A stretch of DNA of 50,096 bases from Meiothermus sp. (lineage in GTDB: Bacteria; Deinococcota; Deinococci; Deinococcales; Thermaceae): positions 1-50,096 of the forward strand of contig JANRLD010000063.1 in assembly GCA_033762915.1 (NCBI GenBank). Reading direction: 5' to 3'. The translations under genes and the position numbers were made by a program. Within the stretch, counting starts at the first letter, position 1. The number at the start of each line of letters is the position of its first letter. The notes under the pieces are model-generated. The model had not been told where the DNA came from, did not search any database, and worked only from the letters and a program-made list of their open reading frames with translations. Of the stretch, positions 19,151 through 28,939 are shown piece by piece.

Positions 19151-19299
19151 TTGTCATTCTGAGGAGGCGCTTTTTGCCGAGGAAGAATCGCCTCACGGCT
19201 CGAGGGCCGTTCACCCAACTTTGCAGGCATGTTGTTTCGCAACATTGCGATTGCGTGCGCCCTCGCTTCGTAGATCCTTCGCTTCGCTCAGGATGACAA
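19151..19299. repeat. GTCATTCTGAG...CTCAGGATGAC-type palindromic (REP/MITE-like) element
   Basis: 13-bp ends TTGTCATTCTGAG and CTCAGGATGACAA (12/13 complementary), with the characteristic GATCCTTCGCTTCGCTCAGGATGAC tail. Confidence 0.7.
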
Positions 19300-19493
19300 A
19301 GGTCTAGGTGGGGTGGGGCTCGAGCCCTGCCAACTCGAGCGAAGACGAGCCGGGTTTGCTCGAGCTACCAGCATGGCTGAGGGGTACTTCTCGATGCGTG
19401 AGGGTTCCGATTTATGCAATTGGGAGCGCAATAAGCTGACAGTGGTATTTGTGTGCTAATCTTTCGAGAGAAAGCTGAAATACTTCACTGATT

Positions 19494-20084
19494 ATGGATT
19501 TTAATGACATCAAATCGCGTCTTGAAAGACTGCTGGCCTCATTGAATGCGAGGTTTGATGAGGATGTGATTCGCTCAACTAACGTTCAACGTACAGAGAT
19601 TGACAACAGGGTTTTTGTCTACGTCAATTTTGGAAGAGGATCGACTCCAGATCACGAAAACCAAATTCTGACTATTCTGCATAATCTATCAAGTTTGAAA
19701 GATCACCTGAAAAATTGTCTGAAAACTCGCGGGCTTAAGGCGAAACTTGTAGAAGATGAGATAAATACCTCTCTGCATTTACAAGTAATGATTGATTTGG
19801 TCAACCTAGAAAAGCATGGCTACCCATTGTTGAAACCACGTTCAAACTTGAACCCTCGAATATCGAGTGTAAGAACTCCATTGAGGTTGATGAGCGGAGA
19901 TGGACAATCTTCAGGGATTTTCTTGGGTGGGGATGGAACCACCAGAAATTTCGGTCAAAGTATAGTTGTTTTGACTGCATCAATCGTAGACGGCAATGGG
20001 AGTCCACTCTTTGAACTCGACGAACTTGTAGAGACGTGTTACCAAAAGTGGATTGATTTGGCTACCAAACACGGATGTGTTTAG
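19494..20084 (+). CDS. Low-GC hypothetical protein, possibly HEPN-like
   Basis: 196-aa ORF in AT-rich DNA with helical motifs ILHNLSSLKDHL and IDLVNLEKH. Confidence 0.7.
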   Translation: MDFNDIKSRLERLLASLNARFDEDVIRSTNVQRTEIDNRVFVYVNFGRGSTPDHENQILTILHNLSSLKDHLKNCLKTRGLKAKLVEDEINTSLHLQVMIDLVNLEKHGYPLLKPRSNLNPRISSVRTPLRLMSGDGQSSGIFLGGDGTTRNFGQSIVVLTASIVDGNGSPLFELDELVETCYQKWIDLATKHGCV

Positions 20085-20102
20085 TAGTCAGATAACTTGA
20101 TA

Positions 20103-20132
20103 TTGACACACTCAATATCTTGCTGCTACCCT
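20103..20132 (+). promoter_or_regulatory. Sigma70 promoter for ffh
   Basis: TTGACA-N18-TACCCT with an extended-10 TG. Confidence 0.6.
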
Positions 20133-20214
20133 AGCGGACGGCCTCGAGAAAGTAGGCTAGAAACCGCAAAAAAGCCATGAGTGGTTTCTTGGGCAGCGAA
20201 CGGAGCTGAAAAGC

Positions 20215-21522
20215 GTGTTTGAAACCTTATCCCAACGCATCCGCGCGGCGGTAGACAAGCTGCGCGGGCGGGGTCGTATCGCCGAGGCCGACCTTAAGGC
20301 CACGCTGCGCGAGATTCGCCAGAGTCTGCTCGAGGCCGACGTGAATTTCGAGGTCGCCAAGACCTTTGTGCGCTCAATCGAGGAGAAGACGCTCGGGCAG
20401 AAGGTGCTCGAGAGCCTCACCCCGGCCGAGCAGATCATTGCGGCGGTTTACGAGGAACTGGTGGGGATGCTGGGCGGTGAGTCCAAGCAGCCCAACCTCA
20501 AGAACGAGGGCAACCTGTGGTTCATGGTGGGCCTCCAGGGGCACGGTAAGACCACCACCGCGGGCAAGCTGGCCAACTTCTACAAGTCCAAGGGCCGCCG
20601 CCCTCTGCTGGTGGCCGCCGACACCCAGCGCCCCGCCGCCCGCGACCAGCTCCGCATCCTGGGCGAAAAGATTGGGGTGCCGGTGCTCGAGGTGGCCGAC
20701 AACGAGCGACCCGAGACCACCAAACAGCGCCTCCAGCAGCACCTCACCTTCGACTACCGCGACCTGGTGATCGTCGACACCGCCGGCCGCCTCCAGATCG
20801 ACACCGCCCTGATGGACGAGCTGGCCAAGCTGAAGAGCAGCTTGGGGCCGTCCGAGACCCTGCTGGTGGTGGACTCGATGACCGGCCAGGAGGCCCTCAA
20901 CGTCTCCAAGGCCTTCGACGAGCGCATCGGGGTCTCGGGTCTGATCCTCACCAAGCTCGACGGCGACGCGCGCGGTGGCGCGGCGCTCTCGGCGCGGCAC
21001 GTGACGGGCAAGCCCATCTTCTTCGCTGGCGTCTCGGAGAAAATCGAGGGCCTCGAGCCCTTCTACCCCGACCGCCTGGCCCAGCGCATCCTGGGCATGG
21101 GCGACCTCCAGACCCTGGCCGAGAAGGTCAAGGCCGCCGAGATCGAGGCGCCCGACAAAGCGGTCAAGGACATCACGCTCGAGGACTTGATCTCCCAGAT
21201 GCGCCAGATGCGCAAGCTGGGTAGCTTCACCGACATTCTGGGCATGATCCCCGGCATGTCGCGGATGCTCCCGGCGGGCTTCCAGGTCGACGAGAAGGCC
21301 GTCAACCGCATGGAGGCCATCGTGCTCTCGATGACTGTCAAGGAGCGGCGCGACCCCCGGGTGCTCAACGCCTCGAGGCGCAAGCGCATCGCCGCGGGTT
21401 CCGGCACCACCGTCCAGGAGGTCAACCGCCTCATCAAGACCTTCGAAGACACCAAGAACATGATGAAGACCATGCAGAAGCAACAGGAGAAGGGTAAGGG
21501 GCGGGGGCTTTTCAGGCGTTAG
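20215..21522 (+). CDS. ffh: Signal recognition particle protein Ffh
   Basis: [38 protein letters not shown], and M-domain [10 protein letters not shown]. Confidence 0.98.
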   Translation: MFETLSQRIRAAVDKLRGRGRIAEADLKATLREIRQSLLEADVNFEVAKTFVRSIEEKTLGQKVLESLTPAEQIIAAVYEELVGMLGGESKQPNLKNEGNLWFMVGLQGHGKTTTAGKLANFYKSKGRRPLLVAADTQRPAARDQLRILGEKIGVPVLEVADNERPETTKQRLQQHLTFDYRDLVIVDTAGRLQIDTALMDELAKLKSSLGPSETLLVVDSMTGQEALNVSKAFDERIGVSGLILTKLDGDARGGAALSARHVTGKPIFFAGVSEKIEGLEPFYPDRLAQRILGMGDLQTLAEKVKAAEIEAPDKAVKDITLEDLISQMRQMRKLGSFTDILGMIPGMSRMLPAGFQVDEKAVNRMEAIVLSMTVKERRDPRVLNASRRKRIAAGSGTTVQEVNRLIKTFEDTKNMMKTMQKQQEKGKGRGLFRR

Positions 21523-21651
21523 GTCTAATGTTGGGGACGCTGAACGTGAGGGGATAGGCCTGTAGCTGGTAGGAAAGCCGCACGCCGCCAGCCAGGCAAA
21601 ACCCCTCACTCAATCCAACTTCGAATCACCAGCTAGACAAAGGAGAACACC

Positions 21652-21915
21652 ATGACCAAGATCAGACTTTCCCGTTTCGGCTCCAAGGGTAACCCGCACT
21701 ACCGCATCGTGGTGGTGGACAGCCGCGCCAAGCGCGACGGCGGCTACATCGAGCGCGTGGGCTACTACGACCCCCGCAAGACCACCAAAGACTGGCTCAA
21801 GATGGACGGCGAGCGCGTCCAGTACTGGCTGGGCGTGGGCGCACAGCCCACCGACACCGTGCGCAAGCTGATCAAGCAGGCCGGCGTCGAGAAGGCCGCT
21901 GCCCCGAGCGCGTAA
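21652..21915 (+). CDS. rpsP: 30S ribosomal protein S16
   Basis: [28 protein letters not shown] and GAQPTDTV. Confidence 0.98.
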   Translation: MTKIRLSRFGSKGNPHYRIVVVDSRAKRDGGYIERVGYYDPRKTTKDWLKMDGERVQYWLGVGAQPTDTVRKLIKQAGVEKAAAPSA

Positions 21916-21931
21916 AGGCCCCACACCTCAG

Positions 21932-21974
21932 CCCCTCTCCCGAGCGCTTTGCGCCAGGGAGAGGGGTTTGGTTT
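21932..21974 (+). terminator. Putative terminator after rpsP
   Basis: CCCCTCTCCC...GGGAGAGGGG followed by TTTGGTTT. Confidence 0.6.
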
Positions 21975-22231
21975 GGGTCAGGGTAAACAGGTTTCTCTCA
22001 ACAGCAGAGGCTTTGGTGCTGAATGCTTTGTGGGGCATCTCGAGGACGTGAACCATTTACAGAACCTGACCTGCCTAAGCGTCGGACCATGTACATGCAC
22101 CTCTGCCTCGAGCCCCGGCTACACGAGCTGTTCGACCCAAGGCACGACAATTTGCTCCGTCAGGCCCATACAGAGCTGGCCGAACAGGATTAAGCTATCC
22201 GCAATCCGCAATCCGCTATAAGCTATTCCCC

Positions 22232-22450
22232 ATGAAAGACCTCGTTGAGTACCTGGCCAAGGCCGTCGTGGATCACCCCGGTTCTATCCGCGTGGACGAG
22301 CGCCGGGGGCGTGAAGGCATGGTCTACTACGTCGAGACCCATTCCGAGGATAAGGGCCGAATCATCGGGCGGCAGGGCCGGGTGATCGAGAGCATCCGGA
22401 CGGTGGTGCGCTCGTTCTCCAAGGGGCGGGTTTCGGTGGAGGTTAGATAG
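22232..22450 (+). CDS. khpA: KH-domain RNA-binding protein KhpA
   Basis: DKGRIIGRQGRVIESIRT. Conserved rpsP-khpA-rimM order. Confidence 0.93.
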   Translation: MKDLVEYLAKAVVDHPGSIRVDERRGREGMVYYVETHSEDKGRIIGRQGRVIESIRTVVRSFSKGRVSVEVR

Positions 22451-22589
22451 GCAAGAGGACCAGGGGACAGGGAACTTCGGAAGGTTTTTGGCCGTTAGCT
22501 ACCCGCCCTCAGCGTAGGGCTATGCGCCAACCGCTAGGTGCCCGACTTCACGCCCTGTTCCCACCCCCAGTCCCCTGCTCCCTAACCTT

Positions 22590-23078
22590 ATGAACAGAGT
22601 CGAAATCGGAAGGCTGGGCAAGGCCTACAACCTCGAGGGCGGCCTCAAGTTCCGGGGCGAGGCAGTGGTCTTCGAGTTGGATAAGGTGTACCTCGAGGGG
22701 CTGGGCTACCGGGCCATAGAGGACGTCGAAGACCTGAACGGCGAGATCGTGCTGTATCTGGTGGGGTTGCACACCCGCGGCGAGGCTGAGCGGATGGCGG
22801 GGGTGCGGGTTTTCGCAGATCGCGACGACCTGCCGAGGCTCGAGGAGGGCGAGTATTACTTCTTCGAGCTGATTGGGCGCACCGTGTTTGTGGACTCGAA
22901 GCCGTTCGGCGAGGTGGTGGAGATCGAGGACGGGGTGCAGGACATCCTGGTCATCAAGCCCACCGGGAGTTCGCTGCGGTCCCAGAGCAAGACCTACATG
23001 GTGCCGCTGCAGGCGCCCTACGTCAGCATCAAGGAAGACGGAATTCACGTCGAGGCGATACCGGGGTTGTTTGAGTAG
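22590..23078 (+). CDS. rimM: Ribosome maturation factor RimM
   Basis: IGRLGKAYNLEGGLK and LPRLEEGEYYFFELIG. Position after khpA. Confidence 0.93.
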   Translation: MNRVEIGRLGKAYNLEGGLKFRGEAVVFELDKVYLEGLGYRAIEDVEDLNGEIVLYLVGLHTRGEAERMAGVRVFADRDDLPRLEEGEYYFFELIGRTVFVDSKPFGEVVEIEDGVQDILVIKPTGSSLRSQSKTYMVPLQAPYVSIKEDGIHVEAIPGLFE

Positions 23079-23123
23079 CAGGCTGTAGGTCGTAACCCAA
23101 GAGCTTTCAGCGGCCGTCGTCGG

Positions 23124-25199
23124 CTACGGCTCGAGGACTTCCCGCTGCTCGAGGTTGGCCTCGACAGCCTCCCGGGTCAGCCAAGCGTCGCGCATTTTCA
23201 TCTCGGCAAAGAGGGCCAGCTGGTCGCCGTAGTGCCTGGAGTCGGGTTGGCTCGAGTTGCCGTAGCTCAGCAAAACTTTAGCCCTGAGCGGCTGGGAGAA
23301 CTCCACTGCCGCGACGTAGGTGGTGCCGAAAACGGTGTCCCACCTGCCCTCAGCGCCCTTCACGAAGCCCGAGGTGCGGAACACCCCGAAGGGGTCGAGC
23401 AGGCCGTGGCCAGGAAGGTCGAAGCTGCCGCGTCGCGCCCGCACGATCTCGCCCCAGGGGCGCTGGAGGGTCTTGTGTTCGCGCAGCAGGTCTTGCGCAA
23501 CCTGCTCGAGCATCCGCGCCGCGTGGGCTGCATCGGCCAGGCCAGAGGGGGTTTCCAGGGGGCGGGTCTCGTCCCAGGGCACCGCGAAGATGTTGGAGAG
23601 CATCCGGTCGCGCGGCTGCATGGCCGCGAGCCAGCGGGCGAACAGGTCGCCGCCTACGCTCTGGGGGTCGTAGCGCTTGTCCCAGGCTTCCAGCACCTCC
23701 ACCGCCCGCCTGGCCAGGTCGCCGCCGTGTGATCTGGCCGCCTCGATGAGGTGCGGAACCAGCCTAACGGCGGTGCCGGAGCGGGTAGAGGCGGCGCACT
23801 CGAGGACGCTCTCGAGGGTGGCGCTGCCCTGGCCGCCGATCATCTCGAGGGAGCCCTGCTCTCGCATGGTCAGGCCCCTGGGGGCCATGTAGGCGGGGAA
23901 GTTGGCGGGGTCCAGGGCGGGCGGTAGGGCGGTCAGCCAGGGCGCGTTGTTGGCGTTCTGGAGCCAGCCGGGAGGCGGGTTGAGGACGTGGGGCAGCTCG
24001 TCGAAGCTGTGGCGCTCTGTCCACAGCAGGCTACCGTCGTCGCCCTTCAGGGTGCCCGACCAGTCGAGCCAGCCGCCGCCCTTGCGCCTGGGAATCAGAC
24101 CGCCGAAGTGGTGCAGGATGTTCCCCTCGGCGTCGGCGTACATCACGGTGAACAGGGGGTTCTGTTCCATCCGCAGCGCGTCGCGGAACTCCCCCAGGCT
24201 CCTGGCCTTGGCCTTGGCCCAGTACTGTTCAAAGATGCGCGGGGTCTGGAACTGGCCCACCCCCACCACCCGAACCGCGACCGGCTTGCCGTTCTGGTTC
24301 GCCACCACCGGGCCGTGCTGGGATCGGAAAATCTTCAGTTCCTGCGCCGTTTGGGTGCCGTCGGGTTGGCGGACGCTAAGGGTCTCAGTCTCGACCTCCA
24401 GGGGCAGGTTCTGCCCGTCCAGCCGGTAGCCCTTGCCGTCCGGGGTGACCTCGAGCGCGAAGGCGTCCCAGGCCTTGACGGTGTTGACGGTGTGCGCCCA
24501 GCCCATGTGACGGTTGAAGCCGTAGCGTGGCAGCGGCCAGCCGACCTGCACCACGCCGTAGAGCTCGAGGCCGGGTGCATTGAGGTGAACCTCGAAGAAG
24601 GTGTGGAAGTCGCCCCAGAAGAGGTGCGGGTTGGCCAGGAGGATGGCCTTGCCGCCGGCGGTATTCTGCGGCCCGATGGCCCAGGCGTTCGACCCCGCCA
24701 CGCCGGTGCCCATGTTGGGAAAGTCGGGGAAGAGGGTGGTGTTGGGCAGGATGTCGTTGAACGGCGCTCCCAGGGGCCGCTGGCCGAGCTGGGTCAGGTA
24801 GACGAAGTATACCCGCTGGATGTGGGCGAACACGTCCTCGAGCGTCACCGGCAGCACCTGCCGCACGTCCGGGCGTAGCTGCTCTGGGCGGGCCTCGGCG
24901 TGGGCGTTGACCCCCGCCACAAAAGCCTCAAGGTTGGCCCGCATCTGCGGGCTCTGCTGCTCGGCCCAGGAGGCGGCCTGTTTGGGCAGCCCCATGCGGC
25001 GCAGGAGTTTGTCGGACTCGAGGTACTTTTCCCCCCAGTACTCCGCGGCGCGTCCCCGGGCAATCCCGTACAGCTGTAGCAGCAGGTCGCCGTGGGCCTT
25101 CATCTGAGCCCAACCCAGGGCCCGGAACACTCCGGCGTCGGTGTCGGCGTAGATGTGTGGGACGCCCCAGGTGTCCCAGAGGATTTCGGTCTGCGTCAT
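23124..25199 (-). CDS. Penicillin/cephalosporin acylase family Ntn-hydrolase (peptidase S45)
   Basis: WDTWGVPHI, nucleophile GSNAWAI, LANPHL, HTVN and QNANN. Likely leaderless start at 25199 (TATGAT). No signal peptide. Confidence 0.92.
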   Translation of the reverse strand: MTQTEILWDTWGVPHIYADTDAGVFRALGWAQMKAHGDLLLQLYGIARGRAAEYWGEKYLESDKLLRRMGLPKQAASWAEQQSPQMRANLEAFVAGVNAHAEARPEQLRPDVRQVLPVTLEDVFAHIQRVYFVYLTQLGQRPLGAPFNDILPNTTLFPDFPNMGTGVAGSNAWAIGPQNTAGGKAILLANPHLFWGDFHTFFEVHLNAPGLELYGVVQVGWPLPRYGFNRHMGWAHTVNTVKAWDAFALEVTPDGKGYRLDGQNLPLEVETETLSVRQPDGTQTAQELKIFRSQHGPVVANQNGKPVAVRVVGVGQFQTPRIFEQYWAKAKARSLGEFRDALRMEQNPLFTVMYADAEGNILHHFGGLIPRRKGGGWLDWSGTLKGDDGSLLWTERHSFDELPHVLNPPPGWLQNANNAPWLTALPPALDPANFPAYMAPRGLTMREQGSLEMIGGQGSATLESVLECAASTRSGTAVRLVPHLIEAARSHGGDLARRAVEVLEAWDKRYDPQSVGGDLFARWLAAMQPRDRMLSNIFAVPWDETRPLETPSGLADAAHAARMLEQVAQDLLREHKTLQRPWGEIVRARRGSFDLPGHGLLDPFGVFRTSGFVKGAEGRWDTVFGTTYVAAVEFSQPLRAKVLLSYGNSSQPDSRHYGDQLALFAEMKMRDAWLTREAVEANLEQREVLEP

Positions 25200-25984
25200 C
25201 GGGGCCATCATATAGGCAGAGCGAAGCGAAGGTGGGGAAGCGGGGCGGAAGGGTAGGGCGGGCAGTTCCCGTACTCCGGGACTCTCAGGTAGGTGGGCAC
25301 AACCCGCCCTGTCGTGGTAGCCCTATCGATTCGGGGACAGGGGGTAATCGGTGGCCGTTCAGTCCATAAACACTTCCCGGCAGGCCCAGACTCGGCAGGC
25401 GCGGCGGTGCCGGTCCTGGTGGCCTAACTGCTAACCCGGTGCTACTTGGTGCAGGGCATCGCCCACACCGGCATGAAGCAGCAACCGAGGACCTCCGCAC
25501 GCCGTGGGGCGGCTCGAGCCCTCTCATCGGCGGTAGAGGTGCGAAGACCTCACCGTTCGGTCTTGGCGAGGGTCGAAAGGGTTTGGGGTATGAAGCTCTA
25601 TCTCCTATGCCTGTGGTTCCCACCTTCCGCCGAGCCCAAATTGCACGCATCACACTTTTAATTGAATACCGGTGCTTACTCACTTGACAGTGGCTAAAGT
25701 TGCCTAGTTTTGCCGGCAAGCTGAGTCCGCCCTGTGGTTCACCGGAGGCTCGGCTTAAGCGACCGTGCAGGACGCGCATACCGCCGCCTCGCAGGCGGTC
25801 TGCAGGCGCGATCCTGCTGGGCCTTTCGGGCCGAACGGTGAAACACCCGCCGGAGGTGCTTATCCCGGCCTCGACGCGCCGGCCGGTCTTTAGCTGCCCT
25901 TGACCAAGGCCGTCCGTACCCCCACACTGTCGGCACCCTCACCCACGCCCCGCGCCAAACTGCGACACTTAACCGAGAGCCCGC

Positions 25985-27577
25985 ATGACTCCCCGCGTTC
26001 CCCTCAACCGCCGCCCGCAGACCGACGAGCCCAAGCACTTCCCCCGCCTCAAGGTCCGAGCCCCCAAGCCCTCCCTGATCGTTCCCGCCGACGTCCGCCC
26101 CCCCGACATACAGTCCTCCGCCGGGCGGGGTGCCTTTGTCAATCCGGTCCTCAACTCCGGGCGCGGGCGCGACCACGGCGACCCCTTCGTCCTCGAGCAC
26201 CGGGGTACCTACTTTCTCTACCACACCGGCCGCGACGGGGTGCACCTGTACACCTCAGGCGACCTCGTCTCCTGGCGCCACGAGGGGCTGGCCCTCGAGC
26301 CCGGCCCGGCCGGACACTGGGCGCAGATCGACTTCTGGGCCCCCGAGGTGATCGCGCGGGACGGGGTGTTTTACATGTACGTCTCGGCAACTGTGCAGCG
26401 GGTGGACCGGGGCAAGATCAGGGGCGACGACAAGAAGCGTCGGCTGGGCTTGGCCAAGGCGCTCAGCCCCCGGGGGCCCTTTATGTGGGCCGAGGAGCCA
26501 CTGGTGGGATGGGAGTGGAGCATCGACGGACACCCCTTCCAAGACGACGACGGCTCGCTGTGGATGTTTTACAACGTCCGCACCGAGGCCACCCGCTTCC
26601 CCGACGGCACCGTGGGGTGCGGCAACGTGGTCGGGCCGATGAGCGCGCTGGACAGGGTGGAGCGCCAGCAGACCCGGGTGGCCTACCCCAGCCGCCGCTG
26701 GGAGGGGAACCGCCAGGGGAGCTGGTACTGGAACGAGGGGCCGTTCGTGCTCAAGCGGCGCGGCACCTACTACCAGATGTACTCCGGCGGCTTCTATGGC
26801 GACGAGACCTACGGCCTGTCCTACGCGACCGCCCCCGCCCCCACTGGGCCCTGGGTCAAGCAGAGCCCAAAGCCCATCCTCAAGAGCAGCAGGCACATCC
26901 TCGGCCCCGGCCACCACTGCATCGTGGTAGGCCCCGATGGCGTGACCCCCTACGCGGTCTACCACGGTTACTTGCCCCTGCAGCGCGGGCGCAAGGTTCA
27001 CCTCGACCGCTTCTTCTGGGCGGGCGACCGGCTCTTCATCGAGGGCCCCACCCACCGCTCCCAGCCCCGCCCCCACGGCCCGGTCTTCGACCCCGCCGTG
27101 CCCCACTACAGCCTCTCGGCCTGGGCCGACGGGGCGGAGGTGCGGGTCGGCGGGCATACCCTCGAGCTGCCCGCCGGCGGTGCCCACCTCCGGGTGACCC
27201 GGCGCGGCCTCGAACTCGAGGTGCGCCTGGACGGCATTCTGAAGTTCCGGGTGATGAGCGACGACGACGAGATCGGGGGCTGGCTCACGGCCCCCGTCAA
27301 GACCTCCTGGCTCGACGACGACGTCCTCTACACCCTCGAGCCCGGCGAGCGGCGCGGCTGGGTCTGGGGTGGGCGGGGCGACCTCGAGGTGGCACTGGCG
27401 GTTAAGGGCAGCGCGGTGGTGCGGGCAGGTGGCCAGACCCGCGCGGTTCACAGCGCCGGCCGGTTCGAGCTGGTGCGGATGTGGGTCGAGGGCGGCGCGG
27501 AATGCCTCGAGGTCGAAGCAGTGGGCGCAGGCGCGGAGGTCGCGGACGTGGTGATGACGGCCCGCGGCAGCGGCTAG
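25985..27577 (+). CDS. Glycoside hydrolase family 43 with C-terminal extension
   Basis: GDPFV, WAPEV, SIDGHPF, NEGPF and GPGHH. Confidence 0.88.
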   Translation: MTPRVPLNRRPQTDEPKHFPRLKVRAPKPSLIVPADVRPPDIQSSAGRGAFVNPVLNSGRGRDHGDPFVLEHRGTYFLYHTGRDGVHLYTSGDLVSWRHEGLALEPGPAGHWAQIDFWAPEVIARDGVFYMYVSATVQRVDRGKIRGDDKKRRLGLAKALSPRGPFMWAEEPLVGWEWSIDGHPFQDDDGSLWMFYNVRTEATRFPDGTVGCGNVVGPMSALDRVERQQTRVAYPSRRWEGNRQGSWYWNEGPFVLKRRGTYYQMYSGGFYGDETYGLSYATAPAPTGPWVKQSPKPILKSSRHILGPGHHCIVVGPDGVTPYAVYHGYLPLQRGRKVHLDRFFWAGDRLFIEGPTHRSQPRPHGPVFDPAVPHYSLSAWADGAEVRVGGHTLELPAGGAHLRVTRRGLELEVRLDGILKFRVMSDDDEIGGWLTAPVKTSWLDDDVLYTLEPGERRGWVWGGRGDLEVALAVKGSAVVRAGGQTRAVHSAGRFELVRMWVEGGAECLEVEAVGAGAEVADVVMTARGSG

Positions 27578-27724
27578 CGGGCGGCCAGGGCATCCGTGTT
27601 CAGCCGTCGGCTATCAGCTGCCACTAAGCACGGAAGTCTAGCCTGGGGCATCTTTTCCTCGGGTATCCCTGTGGCACCTGCCTGTCCCCTGGTTTAGGCG
27701 CCTGCCCCTGTCCCAGGAGCTTCC

Positions 27725-28642
27725 ATGCTCGAACCCCCGGCCCCCCTTCGCCCGGTCTACCCCGCCTACTTCGCCGACCCGTTCGTGATGGAGCATGGGG
27801 GGGTCTACTACGCCTATGGGACCGGCTCGGGGGTTACGCCGGGGCGGGTCTTTGAGGTGCTGCGCTCCGTCGACCTGCTCGCCTGGCAGTCGCTGGGCGG
27901 GGCGCTCGAGCCGCCCGGGGTCGAGGGGCATACCTTCTGGGCCCCCGAGGTGGCGTTTTTCGACGGCAGATTCTACATGTACTACTCGGTGGGACTCGAG
28001 GACAAAGGGCATAAAATCCGTGTGGCGGTCTGCACTCAGCCACAGGGGCCGTTCGTAGATCAGGGGGTCGAACTCACTCCGCAGCTGGGGTTTGCGATCG
28101 ACGGCAGCCCTTTTCGGGACGCCGACGGACAGTGGTACTTGTTCTATGCACGGGACTTTCTCGAAGGTGAGCGGGTGGGAACGGCGCTCGAGGTGGACCG
28201 GCTCGTGGGCATGACCCGGCTCGCCGGCCAGCAGCGCACGGTGCTGCGCGCCAGCGGCGACTGGCAGATTTTCCTGCGCCAGCGCCCCATATACGGCGGG
28301 GTCTACGACTGGCATACCCTCGAGGGGCCCTTTGTGGTAAGGCGGGGCGGGCTCTACTATTGCTTCTACTCCGGTGGAAACTGGCAGAACCTGACCTACG
28401 GCGTCTCCTACGCTGTCGCCGAGCACCCCCTGGGACCGTGGGTGGAGCCCTACCAGGGGGCGGTGGTGCTGCAAACCCTCCCCGGCAGGCTGATCGGGCC
28501 GGGCCACAACTCGGTGGTGCTGGGTCCGGATGGCAACCACTACATCGTCTTCCATGCCTGGGACGCAGGACTGGTATCCAGACGGATGCACGTGGCGCTG
28601 CTCGAGTGGACCCCCGAGGGGCCGAGGGCACGGCTCGAGTGA
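27725..28642 (+). CDS. Glycoside hydrolase family 43
   Basis: ADPFV, WAPEV, AIDGSPF, LEGPF and GPGHNS. Confidence 0.9.
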   Translation: MLEPPAPLRPVYPAYFADPFVMEHGGVYYAYGTGSGVTPGRVFEVLRSVDLLAWQSLGGALEPPGVEGHTFWAPEVAFFDGRFYMYYSVGLEDKGHKIRVAVCTQPQGPFVDQGVELTPQLGFAIDGSPFRDADGQWYLFYARDFLEGERVGTALEVDRLVGMTRLAGQQRTVLRASGDWQIFLRQRPIYGGVYDWHTLEGPFVVRRGGLYYCFYSGGNWQNLTYGVSYAVAEHPLGPWVEPYQGAVVLQTLPGRLIGPGHNSVVLGPDGNHYIVFHAWDAGLVSRRMHVALLEWTPEGPRARLE

Positions 28643-28939
28643 GCCTGGATAGTTAAATAGTTGACGAATACTCCGAAAATGAAATCTGCCTCAATGAGGC
28701 TTTTACAGTTCATAATGCCGGGCGAAACTTTGGCTAGTTCATGATAATCGATCCAAGTTTCGCATCATGTGGCGCAAGCTCATGCCTTTCGCTTTTAGGG
28801 TGAGGAGTGTCTGCCGCTTTTTAAGGCAAGAGTGCTGGTACCTGCATTGTCCCTTTAAAAAGTCATCCTTGGCTTCCTTGCCAAACATTAAAAACACTTT
28901 TGGGGACGGGTTTTCAACGCAAGTGTACTTTTTCTGGTT

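Noticed and set aside
25240..25300. Glycine riboswitch (ACTCTCAGG)
   Set aside because: The matching 5' GGAGA...CCGAAG elements and an appropriate downstream gene are absent.
25530..25700. Lysine riboswitch (AGAGGTGCG, GAAAGG, GCCGA, GAATA landmarks)
   Set aside because: The loop-E AGTA and terminal GGAG.GCTA are missing, the GAAAGG-GCCGA spacing is far too long, and the downstream genes are unrelated to lysine. An Infernal search would settle it.
25690..25900. RNase P RNA, tmRNA or SRP RNA
   Set aside because: No GAGGAAAGTCC or ACAGAA.CCGGCTTA, no tRNA-like ends, and no SRP GGAA/AGCAG loop on either strand.
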